From NCBI GenBank assembly GCA_010015805.1, contig ML978121.1, positions 1 to 64,000 of the forward strand: a stretch of 64,000 nucleotides of DNA, in the 5' to 3' direction. Shown here one piece after another: positions 34,825 through 48,000 of the stretch (position 1 is its first letter; each line of letters opens with the position of its first letter). This DNA is from Rhizodiscina lignyota. Its lineage: Eukaryota. The notes beneath the pieces are model-generated. The model worked only from the letters and a program-made list of their open reading frames with translations. It searched no databases and had not been told where the DNA came from. A program made the translations under genes and the position numbers.

Positions 34825-36770
34825 TCATAACCTGGTCCCTGGACCGACTTCCTGTGATGTAGCTTCTGTCTGGCGCTCGATGTGAATTGTTCCAAAGTAT
34901 GGCATGGGCAATCTCAGGCTGTGCTCATCCGTCGTGATATTGTGGGTTTCATTTCCAGTGGCACCATATTCAACCCATATGACGTAATCTGTCCCATCCG
35001 CCGCGACTGCTTCTATTGTCATGAGCTTTCTCAGTATCTGGGCGGAAGAATTCGTCACATGCGTCCCTTCCATACTGCTGACTGTGCTCTCTATGATCCC
35101 TAAATCGTAAGATCGTTGGTGTTCGAGTACATTCATGCGGCCGAGGCGATGTCCCTCAATGTGGGCGATAAGTAGTGTCATTGAGGCGGCAATAGCTTTC
35201 GAATCTAGGCCACAATAGGATGCTTGTCGAAAGTCAGCTTGATTGTATCATTATACACGTTAAAGGAAGTATTACGAATGTGGTGGAATTTACGGAACTC
35301 GAGAATCCGCGAGAGGACCTCACGGCTGGCACCGAGGACCGCGAGCTTACTGTATGTGTATTCCACTGACTGGAACGGAGAAGATACAGCGTCATAAGAC
35401 GTTGGGCGAGAATGACCCTTCTCAACGAGATACGGCTGATGAAGAACTATAAGGAGATAGTGCTGATGTATCTGCGTAAGGAGTCTGGTGGTCTTCTCCG
35501 CCGTGTTCCCGTCCGCATCAACTTCGCTCAGAGTCGGAAGTACCCACCAGCTCGAGGGCAAAGAACGAGCTGCGCGCTTCAAGTCGTAATCAATCTCTTG
35601 CGTCTCCTTATAGTCATCATACCAGCTCTCTTCCCTTCCGTCACCATGGAGGCGACGCTGCATGCAGATGTTCCTTGTAATGATACGGCCAATGATCATG
35701 ACGTGGAGGCGCTCTAATCTTTCCGTTGATGTCTCCGCTTCCAGTGAGAAATCGGCAACAGAACAAGGGAGGGCCAGCATCATTGAGAGGAAGCGGTCGC
35801 TGTAGATGAGTCGAAACCAAATTAACGATAATCGAGACGTCCTCTTCGCCAGATTGGGTAGGCCTATCAGATGACCGATGCCTATAGCACGGCGAAATAT
35901 GAGCCACGCGCTACGAGGATTCCCCACATAGGCGTGGTAGACCCCTTCAAGCATAAGGGTTTCCAGCCCGTCCAATGATTGGACCATCAATTCCTGAGAG
36001 GTGACATGGCGCGAAGCGACGTCCAAATAGCGTTTCGCAAGATGTCGAGGCGGCTCATTCAGCTGCAAGTCTGCGAGCTCGCACGGCATCATGTCGAGCT
36101 GCTGTAAGCAGATGGCGAGCTGAAGCAGCTTACTGGCCAGATAAACAGGATGGGAATTCTGATGCGGCGGTTCTCGGAATTGCACTAGCTTTTCCACGTC
36201 CGTCAAAGAAGATGGTAGCATCTTCAAGGGCGGCCGGATTACTTGGAAAGGTTGCCTGAAGAAATTACCTCTCCTCATAATCAGCGCTACGATGCTCGGA
36301 TCGGGAAGGATATTGTGGAGGTAGCTACTCAGCGAGCCGCTGGCAGAAAGGGGATCTTGCTCGGTCATGTAATTAGAAAGTTCCATCGCGAATAGACGGG
36401 ACGGTCCAGGCGGAATTGGACGTATAGCTCCACAGATCTCATCCTCTTCGGCCGTTCTCGTTCTTGGCGTCTGGCCGGCCGATCTCTGTTGGACTAGCTG
36501 TTCAAAGAGAGCTTCGACGTGATCGAGACGTCTGCCAACGTCTTCATAACCGCCTTCTACGTTGTCTGCAAATTCTTGGCCAACACAGGACAGTCCACGG
36601 CGCTGGCAGGAGACACATGCGGAGCTACACGGAAGCTTGAATTCGCAACGGACCTTGCGGTGTTTGCATTCCCAGCAGCTAAAGGTACCCTTGCGTATCT
36701 TGTGTTGCTTGGTAGTAGGGGTTTTGGTGATAGCGCAGGGAGTACGCTGAGGTGACGGGTTTAACGACAT
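34825..36770 (-). CDS. Zn(II)2Cys6 transcription factor; 2 exons
   Basis: RKGTFSCWECKHRKVRC..C..C..C; DRFLSMMLALP, LHQPYL. A GTAATA..AAG intron (~35223-35275) joins ORFs 35205-36791 and 34825-35181. Confidence 0.88.
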
Positions 36771-37561
36771 GAGGTGCTCGCAGGAACCCAATATGGACGT
36801 AGCATCATTGAAAATGATTTATTGCATTTCTCGGCGAATCAAGGGTATACAAAGAGATAGCTTGAAAAAAGGATTGGATTTAGAGGATCAGATGCATGTA
36901 CAATACATGCAGCAAGCAACTCCTGAAAAGTTTGCTTAGGTTGGGTTGGGTTGGGGGTATCATTTTCCTGCGCCGAAGTCCGGCCAGAGAGCCCGAGATA
37001 TAGCCGCCCAGACTAAGGCCTACCAGCTACTCGAAATTTAATTTGAATTTGTTCGTTGCGAAAGTTGCTACGAGAAAACGCCTAGCATAGTTAGAATTGA
37101 ACTCTCGACCGGAGGCTCTGAGCGGTCTGAGTTGTTGACGTGGTTCGAGTCGTTTGCCAACACATGGTACGCTAAAAACTCACTCTTCCGATGTTTGTTG
37201 ACGAATTGGAGTGAAAAGACTGTATGATTGTTGTAGGAAATGAAAAAAGAAGCAGTAGAGATGAAAGTTAAGGCTTCAATTGCAGTTCGATGAATAGTTG
37301 GGCGGACTGCTAAACTCTGGGAGAGTGAAGCAGCAGGTAGATTTCACTCAGAGGCCGCGGACAGAAGCATACTCACGTCAATTTCATTTCATTCGATTTG
37401 AAGTCACCTCATGGCTTGACGCACTATCGCGCCGGCGAGACGACACCTAGGCTTTGCGATGGGAAGCACATCTGGGTATGGTACTAGAATACACAAGTGC
37501 TTCGATATCCCGCATGCAGCAGGATATGCAGGAAGTCCGTGATATAACCAATCCTCGATCA

Positions 37562-39993
37562 TCAGTCAACTTCCTGCGAAGCCGAAACCTCTCTAGGCGT
37601 CGACGCAGATGGCTCACCAACCGCCTTCTCCTTGCCCTTGTTGACGCGCCTCGCCTCGCCGTTCTGGTCTCCTCCGTCGTCGTGTACTTGCGCGCTCGTC
37701 GATGCGCCATCTCCCACTAATCCGTTCGTTGCAGCAGTCGGACTCGTGATGGAGCTTGACCTAGGCCCAGCTGCCGTCGAAGTCGCCTCTTCACCCTGCG
37801 CCGCGCCATCCTGATCTTGTGCCTCCTCGCCTTGTGTTCTTGCAGCCTCTGCCCTCGCCCTCTCAGCCTCCTGCTCTTGCGCCACCCTGCGAACCTCTGC
37901 CGCCTCTCTTGCCCTTACGATGCCTTCACCCATTCCTGGCCAAAGGCTTGCCACAAAGAGCGCGACCGCGCGCTCCACTCCTCGAACGTGCTCCCTCAGC
38001 CACCCGCGCTCACGCTCCTGCTGCTGGCGCATGAGATTTTCCGCGACCTGCTCCACGGTAGGCTGTGCCTGACCCTGGCCCTGTGCTTGGTCCTGGGCCT
38101 GGCCTTGTCCCTGTACTCGATTTCCACCATGCATCTGCACGCCAACCAACTGCTCGAAGTGAGCACGTACCGCATCCCAGCGGCGCCTGCCAAAGCCCTG
38201 ATTCATGACCCAAGGGAGCATCATGAGCACGGCGATCACAAGCGGGCGCCAATGCAGCCAGCCGTTGCCGCCACCGCCGACGCCGCCGAAGAAGTAGATC
38301 ATGCCGGCTACGCGTACGACAAGCCAGAGAAAAGACATGAGCGGCTGTAGTACCAGCCGAATTTCGTTAGCGTTAGCGTTAGCGTTAGCATTTGCTTCTA
38401 TTGGAGCATTTCCGTTTGGGAAGTTGGCAGCCGCGTTGAGGTTAGGTGCTTGTCCATTCTGCGCTTGATTCCGCAATTGATTATCACGGTTCATTTGGTG
38501 TGCCCTCCGATTTGCCATAACTTGCTGAATGGCCTGGATAACGCCGTTCCGTGCCTGGGCTGCAGGCTGCTCTTGGGGAGGCGCGAGTCCCAGGGTCCGA
38601 CGCAAGAACGTACTGAAGTTGTCGTTGCGATTGTTGCGTCGATTAGGAGGTGTCGTTCCTCCCGAGAACAAGGCATCAGCTAAGTCTCGAGGAATATTCG
38701 ACGCACTATAAGGGCCTGAAGGGCCAATGAGAAGGGCCTGCGCCTGGCTGTTTCTATCGCGCAAGAGAATGACACGTTGAGTAGTTATTGGATCGCGCAG
38801 TGCCAGAGTGTGGCGTGTGATCAGGTCGTTATGTGGTTGGACGGTCATCGCGTGCAGAGGGCGATCCAAGGCTTGTGCTTGGAGCAAGAGGTCGGCAACC
38901 TGAGCACGAACGAGCGCAAATTCTGGCGAAGAGGCTGCTGCTGCATTGCTGGCGAGAGAGTCGAGTTCCCGCTGCATTGTGCGAATTTGGGCCACCACAT
39001 GCTGACCTGAGTGTCGAATATGTTGAACACGTTGGTGAGCCTCGGCGGCCAGAGTCGGCAGTTGCTGCCCGATTTGGTTCGCCTGTGCCAGCAGGTTGGG
39101 GTCTGCAGTGTCTGAGGGGTATTGCGGAGCAGCTGTGCCTTGCTGAGGAGGCCCTCTAATGATGTGCGGAGGAAGATTCTGAAAGTGGACCTGCTGCAGG
39201 TGGACAGGTGGTTGGACGGCAACCGGCGGATGGCCATGGATGAACTGAGCATTGCCGGCCAGGAGGAATGGCTGAGGTTGGCCGTTAATGTTATTCCCAA
39301 GCGGCAGGTTGACAGCAGCCTGCTGGACCGGTATCTGTTGAGGTTGATGTTGTTGCTGCTGGCCATTCGCAGCAGCAGCAGCCGGTCCAGGAGGATGAGG
39401 CACGCCTCCTGCGATGGCAGTGTTTGTCAACTGCATTATATGATTGAAATTTTGGAATAGCGGCAGCTGTGCCTGGGCCTGGGCGGGGATGGGGTGGAAA
39501 GTGCGTTGCACTTGCACGCCATGGGGTGTGCGGGGCACGTACGCAGGAAGTTCTCGAGGGTCTCGAGGATCTTGGGGAGGTGGAGGAACTTGAGTGCGGG
39601 ATGGATCTGGCGGAGCGGACGCCGTTCGAGGGCCGGCGTGGAGATGGCGCGGCAAGGGCGGTGGCCGAACGACGAGGTGGAAGGTCTGCTGCTCTGGCTA
39701 TATAAGACAATCTTAGCGGGTTTCAAACAAAGGCAGCAAGCTCACCGTGTGCGTACTGCGTTTTCGCCAAAGATGCTCGCCAGGGTTGCACTGCCGTCCT
39801 CTAAAAAGTGGCCCTGGTAGAGAAGGCGCTGATGCTCGATGGGCGGATGCGAAGGCAGACGTTCACGGAGATGTGCCTTTAGCCAGCCAATGGTCGTATC
39901 GAGGGGAACATTGTGGAAGACCTGCGTTCCTATCTCCTCGACGTTGCAGAGGATCTTGAGCTCCATTGTGCGCGTGCCACTGACGCCGGCCAT
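37562..39993 (-). CDS. Ubiquitin-like-domain membrane protein, Usa1/HERP-like ERAD scaffold; 2 exons
   Basis: N-terminal UBL (TTIGWLK..QRLLYQG..FHLVVR), Gln/Pro-rich middle, two C-terminal hydrophobic helices, LFVASLWPG motif. Confidence 0.75.
38365..38388. repeat. (CGTTAG)4 microsatellite encoding an Ala-Asn repeat
   Basis: Direct reading; translates as ANANANAN in the UBL protein. Confidence 0.9.
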
Positions 39994-41609
39994 ACTGGCG
40001 GACGCGTGGGCGACACGATCACGGGAGGGAGGGTGCGTGGGCAATAGCAGCTTTGGCGGGATTGTAGGTCCTCACACAACCATGGTGAGAGGGCGCGCGG
40101 ACGGTCGGTGCGCGGAGGAGGAGGTGCTTGACTTGCTGTTTGAGAGTAAACGTCAACCCACGTTGCAGCTTTGACCGTCGACATCGACACAAGTTACGGC
40201 CAACTACAGCGCAACTCGCGCCATTTCACCTCCGCGCCGCCGCGCTTCTCCTTACCGTGACTGCTGCGGTATGTAGGAACCGAGAAGAAACCACGGACAC
40301 CATCCTGCGCCCATAATAGATGGAACCCCAATGTTCTGCAGTCATCCTATCAGGCGAGGATGCTCAGCAATCACATACAGAAACTCTACTTTGCGTATGA
40401 GAGAGATTAGCACGATTTACATTGTGGCCTGACCGAATGCCGCCATAGAATACTCCGATGTAACGACCATTCCATCATCTCAACCTTGGACTAGATGGAA
40501 AGACGTTCAATGCGAGAGAACTTGCAACCGTACTATCTACATTTTCTTCTCTCTTCCACACATGATGGCGATTGATCGCCCCCTTACTTGCTTGCCCTTT
40601 GAACTATTTTTTAGATTGTGCTTCGTGGCCTGCGGGCACCAAATCATTGGTCATTGCTCACTCTCAGAACGATGCTATATATGAAGATACTGCTCTCCCC
40701 GGCTGCTTTCTTCAGTTCGTTTTAATTGCCTTGCTCGTGAAACAATATGGACCCAGCCTGTCGTCTCCTCTACAAATCCCAAGATTGGTCTCAGAGTCAT
40801 GAACGATGATGAATACCTGGCTATGACGGGTGGGTTCCCCAACTGCAGTAATGACCGCCTTCACGCTGCCCTCCTTTACATTGATGCCAGGTAGCGTACT
40901 TCAACTACCATGACATCCTCACGTCGGGAACCGAGCTTGAGATTCCGTTCGAATACGACCGCACTGTGATCGAACATCGCCTGAACTTTGACCATAACAC
41001 TTTGGGTCCGCCGGGATGCAAGTTGCGCCAATTTGTGGTGGCGATGCCGCAGCACGGAAGGATCCCCTCTGTTTTTGTTCTCGGCCCTCGAGAGGATCCT
41101 CTGATAGACGGAATCTCTATCGTCGTCGCTCGCTTGCCATTTTGCTGAACTGAAGAATTGCAGGGCAAAAACAAAAGGCAATCCTTAACAGAGGAAAAGA
41201 GCATGTTATGGAGAAATTTGTGGACCATTCCTTTTCGAAAGTGTAAATATATTGCGCTTGAGAGAGCAACGGTTCGAGATAACGATGGTTTGGATTTTAA
41301 GTCGATTATCTGAACATTTCAAATAATTGACGAGGCTCAGATTAACGAGTGTATGTACGATGCATGGAGAATTCCATTAACATTTATGCAGCAGGAGATG
41401 CGCTCATGTTTAGGTGAAGGTAGCATGAATTCACTTCATTGTCAACGTACGTCCCACCAAGCGGATTGTTTCACCCTATCTCTCATCCGCCTTGCTTACT
41501 CGATTCTCTCGAGTCTAGAACTCTCTCGTCAAGTCCGCTTGGTGCCTTCACTCACGCGTCCTCATAGACATGTGAAAATAAAAGCCTGTGGTCGATCTCA
41601 TTATCTCTA

Positions 41610-42293
41610 TCAGTCCCCCTCAGGATCAGACGAGCTCTCTTCTAGCTCGGCCGCAAGCGGGGAGACCCTCGGTTCGAGCAAGTCGAGGTCTTCCAACGTT
41701 GTTCTTGAGGGGAGCCTCCAGAAACTCGTCCCACAATCTCTATCCTTGGTGAGCAACCCATCGATGAATTCGTCCATATAAGTAAGTTCATAATCTGTTT
41801 GCCTTTTCCTCCGCAGTTTTCTACGATCCTCCAAGAGCGGCTCGAGAGTTTTGTAGATATCGACGGGCTCCCATGCAAGGCGAACGTAGAAGGCAGCGAG
41901 GGCTCTCAAGTACTTGAACTCGCCGCCGCCAGGGATACCCAGTTCATTTGCGTCATCGGCGGAATCCGACTCTTCAGCATCGGTCCAGTTCAGGTACGCC
42001 AACACAATTTCCTTCTCCGGTACCAGTTGGCAGAGTTTGAAAGCGAGGCAAAGAAATTCGGTCGGTGTGCCCATTCCGCCAAAAGTGCCACCGATGTATC
42101 TGAGTTCAACGGCGCGGTCGCAGAGTGTAGCAGCATTAAGGCCGAAACACTGTTCCTTCCAGTAGTACGACTCGGTGATGCGGTCTCGAACGGCTTTCTC
42201 AAACAGCAGTGCAGGATTCTGCCCGCGGATCAAAGCGCCCGAGTAGCCCCTGTCATCGAGGAGATCTTTTGCGTCTGCTTTGTGTGATGCCAT
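41610..42293 (-). CDS. PRP38: Pre-mRNA splicing factor Prp38
   Basis: GQNP.LLFEK.VR.RI.ESYYWKEQCFGLNA, PTEFLCL, FKYLRALAAFYVRL, LEPLLED.RKLR, MDEFID.LL. Confidence 0.93.
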   Translation of the reverse strand: MASHKADAKDLLDDRGYSGALIRGQNPALLFEKAVRDRITESYYWKEQCFGLNAATLCDRAVELRYIGGTFGGMGTPTEFLCLAFKLCQLVPEKEIVLAYLNWTDAEESDSADDANELGIPGGGEFKYLRALAAFYVRLAWEPVDIYKTLEPLLEDRRKLRRKRQTDYELTYMDEFIDGLLTKDRDCGTSFWRLPSRTTLEDLDLLEPRVSPLAAELEESSSDPEGD

Positions 42294-42342
42294 TACCGAG
42301 TACTTGTTAGAGGTTGTAGCTGAAGCTAAAATTGAAAGTTGG

Positions 42343-42372
42343 TGAAGTTGAAGTTGAAGTTGAAGCTGGAGT
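42343..42372. repeat. (TGAAGT)n imperfect microsatellite upstream of PRP38
   Basis: TGAAGT x3 followed by TGAAGC TGGAGT. It produces the spurious LQLQLQ extension of the called ORF. Confidence 0.8.
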
Positions 42373-43758
42373 TGGTGAGGAAGTTGTAGATGAGTATAGC
42401 TCATATGTTCTTGGAGATTTATGAGAGTGTGCGCCTGCCTCCCTGGACGGTGCAGTTTAAACGTCTAACTCTTAGCGCACACGTGACATGCACCATCTCG
42501 TACTGTCCAGAGAGAGTTGAGACAAATTGATTGCGTGGGTATTGGTGCAACGGTGCGAGGCATTCACATTTCACAGAACAACGACAGTTGCCCATCAATT
42601 TCGAACGTCGCGTGTCGCGTCCGTGCACCGTGCTGTGGCTCGCCGGAAGGGGGCACCACAGGGAGCTTTAGGGACTCAACCTTCTTGCCCAGAAATCCTG
42701 CCCCTGGCAGCAATGCCGCCATTACGATATTGATTCCATGCGAACTTCTACATGGCGTCTAGTCTTATACGTCACCCTTGAGCCTCCTTTCACTTCAACA
42801 AGGATTCAACCCTCTGCAGCCTTGTTTTCAAGCTCTCTTGCACCCCGGTGATTAAACGAGCCACATTTTCATTGTATCCCCACACTGAGCTACATACGAC
42901 ATGTAGCAGTTACAGCTTCCTGGCAGCTGTCTTTTCTTAAGAGTCAGGATGCTAGATTGCCGTTCTGTATACATATAGTCAATAATATCATTTGGGCTTT
43001 CATGCATTTCTCACCTTAATCTTTAGAGTCCCGCAGAGCTAAATTTCAATTACAGTGCCGGAACGGTGCAATACCGCTGCATCTTAGGGGTGCATGGGTT
43101 GATTTTCGGTTGGCACTGGAATGGACGGGAGTTTATTTGGCTGTCCTGTGAGACAGCCTGCTCAAGGCCTGGAAGCATTCTTTACTAATACGGAAACGGA
43201 ACGGGCCGAAAAGTGACCTTTCTCGCACGGCATTCGCCCCCAATCCTGACGCCCGGAATCATGGCACTTCTCCGGACCGTCAATGGGTGACTAAAGAGGA
43301 TACAATTTGCGACAAATGCTGAAATAACGTCCAAACTGTCAAGGTTGCTTACTTATTCCTTTCCTCTAGAATGAACGAATCATGAACCGCACCCGATGAT
43401 CATTCCGCGAGTCTGGTCCAAGATGCGGGAGGTTCTCTTTTCTCCAGCCAGCTTACAATGAGCCGTAGATGTCCATTGAGAACGTGACCATCTGATGGCT
43501 TTACTACTGCGCTCACTGACGCTGCCCAGCCTTCACCGTTCAGCTTTGCAGATAGTTGACCGACACCCTCCCTTCTCAGAGCAATCCTACAACAATCTCC
43601 AAAATCATCAACAGTGTCGCTGAGCCCACCTGCACTCCCATCGTTGGAACGCTGGTTGATACTCGGTACCGACCTGATCCAATGTACGCTGCGACATCCA
43701 ATAAAGAATGAACTAAAGTTCCCCGGACCTGGCTAAACGGCAAGAATGTCTGATTAGC

Positions 43759-46446
43759 ATGACAGGAGATCCTAGCCGTGATCCTGTTAGTTACGCAGGT
43801 GCGCGAACCTTGTCCCATTTTGCGCCGATATCGAATTCCTCGAACGAGGCTCAAACGTCTAGCTCAGTCAATAATGTGTCCACCACCGCACCTCTCGAGC
43901 ATGGTCCCCGCCCCACCCTGCTCTCCTGCATCACGTGTCGCCGAAGAAAGGTCAAGTGCGACAAGAAGCAACCATGTATACACTGTACCAAAATGGGCAT
44001 TGAATGCGTCTACCCGGCCTCGGGACGCAAGCCTAGAAGACCACGAAGACCGCAAGATCGAACAGGTTCGAACGAGGAAGATCTGATGCGAAGGCTGAAG
44101 AAATTGGAGGAGGCAATAGCCAATATCGGCGCGACTACGCGAGAGGAACAAAGTCGTGAATATGCCGATCAAAAAGAAGAGATCGCTCTGCACGACTCGG
44201 AAAATGAAATTGCGAGTGATGACTTCAGGACAGCACAGCGAATAGAAGGCAAAAGGCAAGAAGAACAAAGTGAAGGAATTGAACAGCGGAATGACAATCC
44301 TCATAGGTTGACTGGGAGCAATCTGAGAGGTCTCGAGGTTGAATTTGGCAGGCTTGTAGTCGATGCCGGGCGAAGTCGATATGTCAATCCCAGCTTCTGG
44401 GCAAGTCTAGACGACGAGGTATGTAGAGTATTCGTGTGAGATTCTCTGCTGTATTGCTTCGTAGATGCTGAATGTGTCATACAGGTTGAAGATATCAGAG
44501 GCATCCTGGATGAAGAACCTGGCATTAATGACGATGTTCGAGATATATGCTCTCCTGATCCATCCGTCGACAGTTTGTCTAGCCCACAAAGCTATTTCCT
44601 CGGCTCTGGGCATAAAGCTGCTGATTTGCTGTCTTTACATCCTCGTCCGGAGCATATAATGACGTGCTGGGAAGTGTTTAAAGACCGTGTCGATCCACTT
44701 ATCAAGATCTTGCACATTCCGACGATCGAACCCGTCATTCTCAAGGTTCACGATAGTCTTGAACAGAGCCGCCGTAACCTCACACGCATCCGCCTTGATC
44801 AAATTCAGCATGGTATCGACGCGCTCATGTTTGTTATCTACTATAGCGCCATCACAGCAATGTCGCCTGATGAAGTACAGCAGTCGTTTGGTGAAGAGAA
44901 ACTATGCCTCATCTTGAGGTACAGATCAGGCTTTGAGCAAGCTCTAACGGGTGCCGACTTCCTCCACTCCAACGAACTCATTTTTCTTCAGGCTTACACA
45001 ATCTTTCTCATCTGCCGGAACGACGACGCTCGCATCAGTTGGATATTGACGGGCCTTGTCGTGCGCATGGCACAAACGCTTGGTCTGCATCGCGACGGTA
45101 GCCACTTTGAGCTCAACCCTTTCGAAATTGAGATGCGAAGAAGGCTCTGGTGGCAGATCCGCATCCTGGACTCGCGAGCTTCAGACGATCATGGAAGCGA
45201 CTCCATCACTGGACAGTTTGACACACGAATGCCTCTTAATCTAAACGACGAAGACATCTCCCCAGAGATGATTTCATTTCCGAAATCGAAGGTTGGATGC
45301 ACGGAAACTACGTTCGGCCTGATCCGCTTTGAGGTTATCGCTCTCCTTAGAAAGATCCAGGAAGTGCCAGTTGAATCGAGGACGCTGGTTCCGCTGGAGA
45401 AGAAAGAAAGCTGGATAAAAGAGTGCTATGCGATGATAGACGAGCGGTATATCAAACACTTCGACATGTCCAAGCCGTTGTGTTGGTATATGGTCACAGT
45501 TCTGAAGCTCATGAGAGGCAAAATGGTGCTGATGATCTACCATCCGTGCCTCAGGCAGGCTTGTAGTGAGCGTGTGACTCAAGAGATAAAGGATAAGCTT
45601 TTTTTCACAAGCTTAGATGTACTCGAGTCTGGCCTGGCTGTCGCGAATAGGGGGCAAACGAGAAAGTGGAATTGGCTTTTCCATACTTACATTCAATGGC
45701 ACGCTATTGCCTTCTTGCTCAACGAGCTCTGCGTTCGCACCTGGGGCGAGCACGTTGAGCGGGCGTGGAATGCAATTGAATACAGCAGAACGTACGGCGC
45801 AGAGTACGCAAACGGTAAACTCAAATCTCATCTTTGGCGACCACTCCGTCGACTTCTGGCCAAGGCTCGTGCGGCTCGTGAAGTACAGCTCCAAAAGAAG
45901 AAGGAAGCAACTATTCAGGCGATCTACAGCGAGGGATCGAACGCGGAGCATTCGACGGATTTGGGTGTCGTTGGTAACGCAGCTGGCATCGACTTCCAGA
46001 CTCTGGCTAATATGACGTCTCTCCACACAGATGCTGTTGATCCATTATCAATATCATCTTCACAATCTCATGCGAATGGACCATTCACCTCCGTTACTTC
46101 TGATTGTCCCCGTTCTCAGCCACTTTCAGATTTTCCTCTCAACTTGCCACTCAGTGAACCCGTGGACAGTTCAGGAATCGACTTGAACATGGGATTCGAT
46201 TGGCTCTTCAGCGACGCAGCAGTGCAGACATCACCAGGGAGCAGTAACCATGACGTGTTGATGCCGGACGGCAACGTTGACTGGGAGAAATGGGACCAGA
46301 TGGTTGCACAAGTCGGTGCGGCGGAGAGAGAGGCGTTGATGGGAAAGCTCGAGAACGATAGAAGATCAGTGCCGGACGAAGCTGCAAGGCCGTGTCCGTC
46401 AAGCGTTGCTGAGAATGCAAACAGTCAGCTGCGACTCTGGTACTGA
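43759..46446 (+). CDS. Zn(II)2Cys6 transcription factor with fungal-specific TF domain; 2 exons
   Basis: SCITCRRRKVKCDKKQPCIHC..C; intron 44419-44484; VDPLIKILHIP, LGLHRDG, EMRRRLWWQI, QWHAIAFLL. Confidence 0.92.
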
Positions 46447-47256
46447 TCAGAATCTATGGTTAGACAAAAGCTGGAACTTGAAGGCTGTGGCGTGTCATGG
46501 AGAACCAGTACCTCAATAATTCATGATAAATCATGACGTCTGCGTACCGGAACATGTCCAAGATTTTGCTTAATAAATATTGTAAAAGCAGCATGACCTG
46601 AATGCTATACCCGGCAATGTTGCAACACTTTATTGGGAAAGGCGTGCCTCTTGCTTTTGTAGTCCTCAATTGAGTAAGTGAGTACTTCCTGATTCAGTAA
46701 CTCGACTCTATGCCCGGTGCGATGAGTGGATCCGACAGCGCGGAATTCCCCCATGAGCGAGGTGATCATAATCAAAAAGTTCATGAGAAACACGGAACGC
46801 GCAATGCTTCATCTCTCATCGGACTTTCGGGGAAAATACGCTATGCGCGATCACGTTCTGAACTTGGCTGGCTGACGGACTCTCGGGAACTTTGCTTCCT
46901 CCGAAAAGATAACCTTGAAAACCACTGCCTGAGAGCTTCCAACTTCGCAAATTATGGTATCGGAACCACTCATCACACCGGCCATAATATCTCTTCAAGA
47001 TTGCCTACTTTATTCTGTTTCTTCGGCGACGATTCTGCTGAATCTCTCCAGAAGCGTTTGTAATGCTCAATATTATGGATCAAATGTGGATCTGGAGAGC
47101 TGCTTGGCACCTACATAAGACGAAATTTCGTGTTAATTGTCACCCACATGTACACTTATAAATTTATCTTCTGTATCTCTTTTCACGGCATTACAAGTCT
47201 CAGAGTTGTTGACATTGGCAAAGTTCTTGCGTTCCAATAGCCTCTATTCTGATATA

Positions 47257-47691
47257 ATGGATTTGCTACGCAAGACTGCGGTAGGGCAAATCATTAGATA
47301 TGTTACTGGAAACAAGGTTTTGCTATATCCGGAAGAGGAGACAAATTTTAGTTGGCCGCTATTGGTATGTAGCCGTTGAGAATCTCGTTGTACAAATATC
47401 CCTTATGCTAATATTCTGTTAGGATGCAATTATGGACATACCGGACGAGAAATCCAATGCACAGGGACGTGTTGAGAACAATCTCACTCATTCTTGCGTT
47501 CAAACGATCTTTGCCGAACGCTTTTTGCCGCTGCTTGCGCATTATTCAGCAGACCTCTATTTATCGATCTAGGAATCGGCAGCGGGGTCAGTGTGCTTGC
47601 TGGATTGTCATGCTTGGGCATCCTGGGAATGTTTAAGCTTTAGAAGTATGGAGCATGGCTGAGATCCAAGAGCACGTTTGCACAGAGTTGA
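47257..47691 (+). pseudogene. DHA1-type MFS drug:H+ antiporter pseudogene with large internal deletion
   Basis: N-terminus MDLLRKTAVGQIIRYVTGNKVLLYPEE and intron 47365-47422, then almost directly the final helices NDLCRTLFAA..FSRPLFIDLGIGSGVSVLAGL..*KYGAWLRSKSTFA. TAG at 47641. Confidence 0.8.
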
Positions 47692-48000
47692 CTTCGTACA
47701 TCGGAGTAGTCGACCAAGCACACCTGTAATTACTTTCTGAAAATGCCCAATGTTGGAGAATTTCGTTGTGAAATGAGGTCCGTTATCCCGCGTGGAGTTA
47801 GATGTTAGAGTTGCAGATTGTTCACTTGCGAATCGGGAATCAATACATGACGGCATATACACGCCAAACGGAAGATTTTAGAGTTGTCAATCATATGCTC
47901 ATTCATATTCTATGATGTGCTGTACGTTTGGTGTACATCACTCTAGCAAATTGAATAATGACGACCTCCAATAGTCAAACGTCAGTGCTCTGCCACTTCC

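Noticed and set aside
36939..36957. GGTTGGGTTGGGTTGGGGG G-rich run (G-quadruplex or telomere-like)
   Set aside because: Only three full GGG tracts and not TTAGGG; likely a simple repeat.
37075..37160. tRNA-like A-box (TAGCATAGTTAG) and B-box (GGTTCGAGTC)
   Set aside because: No acceptor stem or T-stem pairing could be built. tRNAscan-SE would settle it.
40876..41228. Two overlapping ~100-aa minus-strand ORFs
   Set aside because: No motifs or convincing splice model; treated as intergenic.
42294..42404. LQLQLQ N-terminal extension of PRP38 in the ORF track
   Set aside because: Derives from a microsatellite. Homology begins at MASHKAD (42293).
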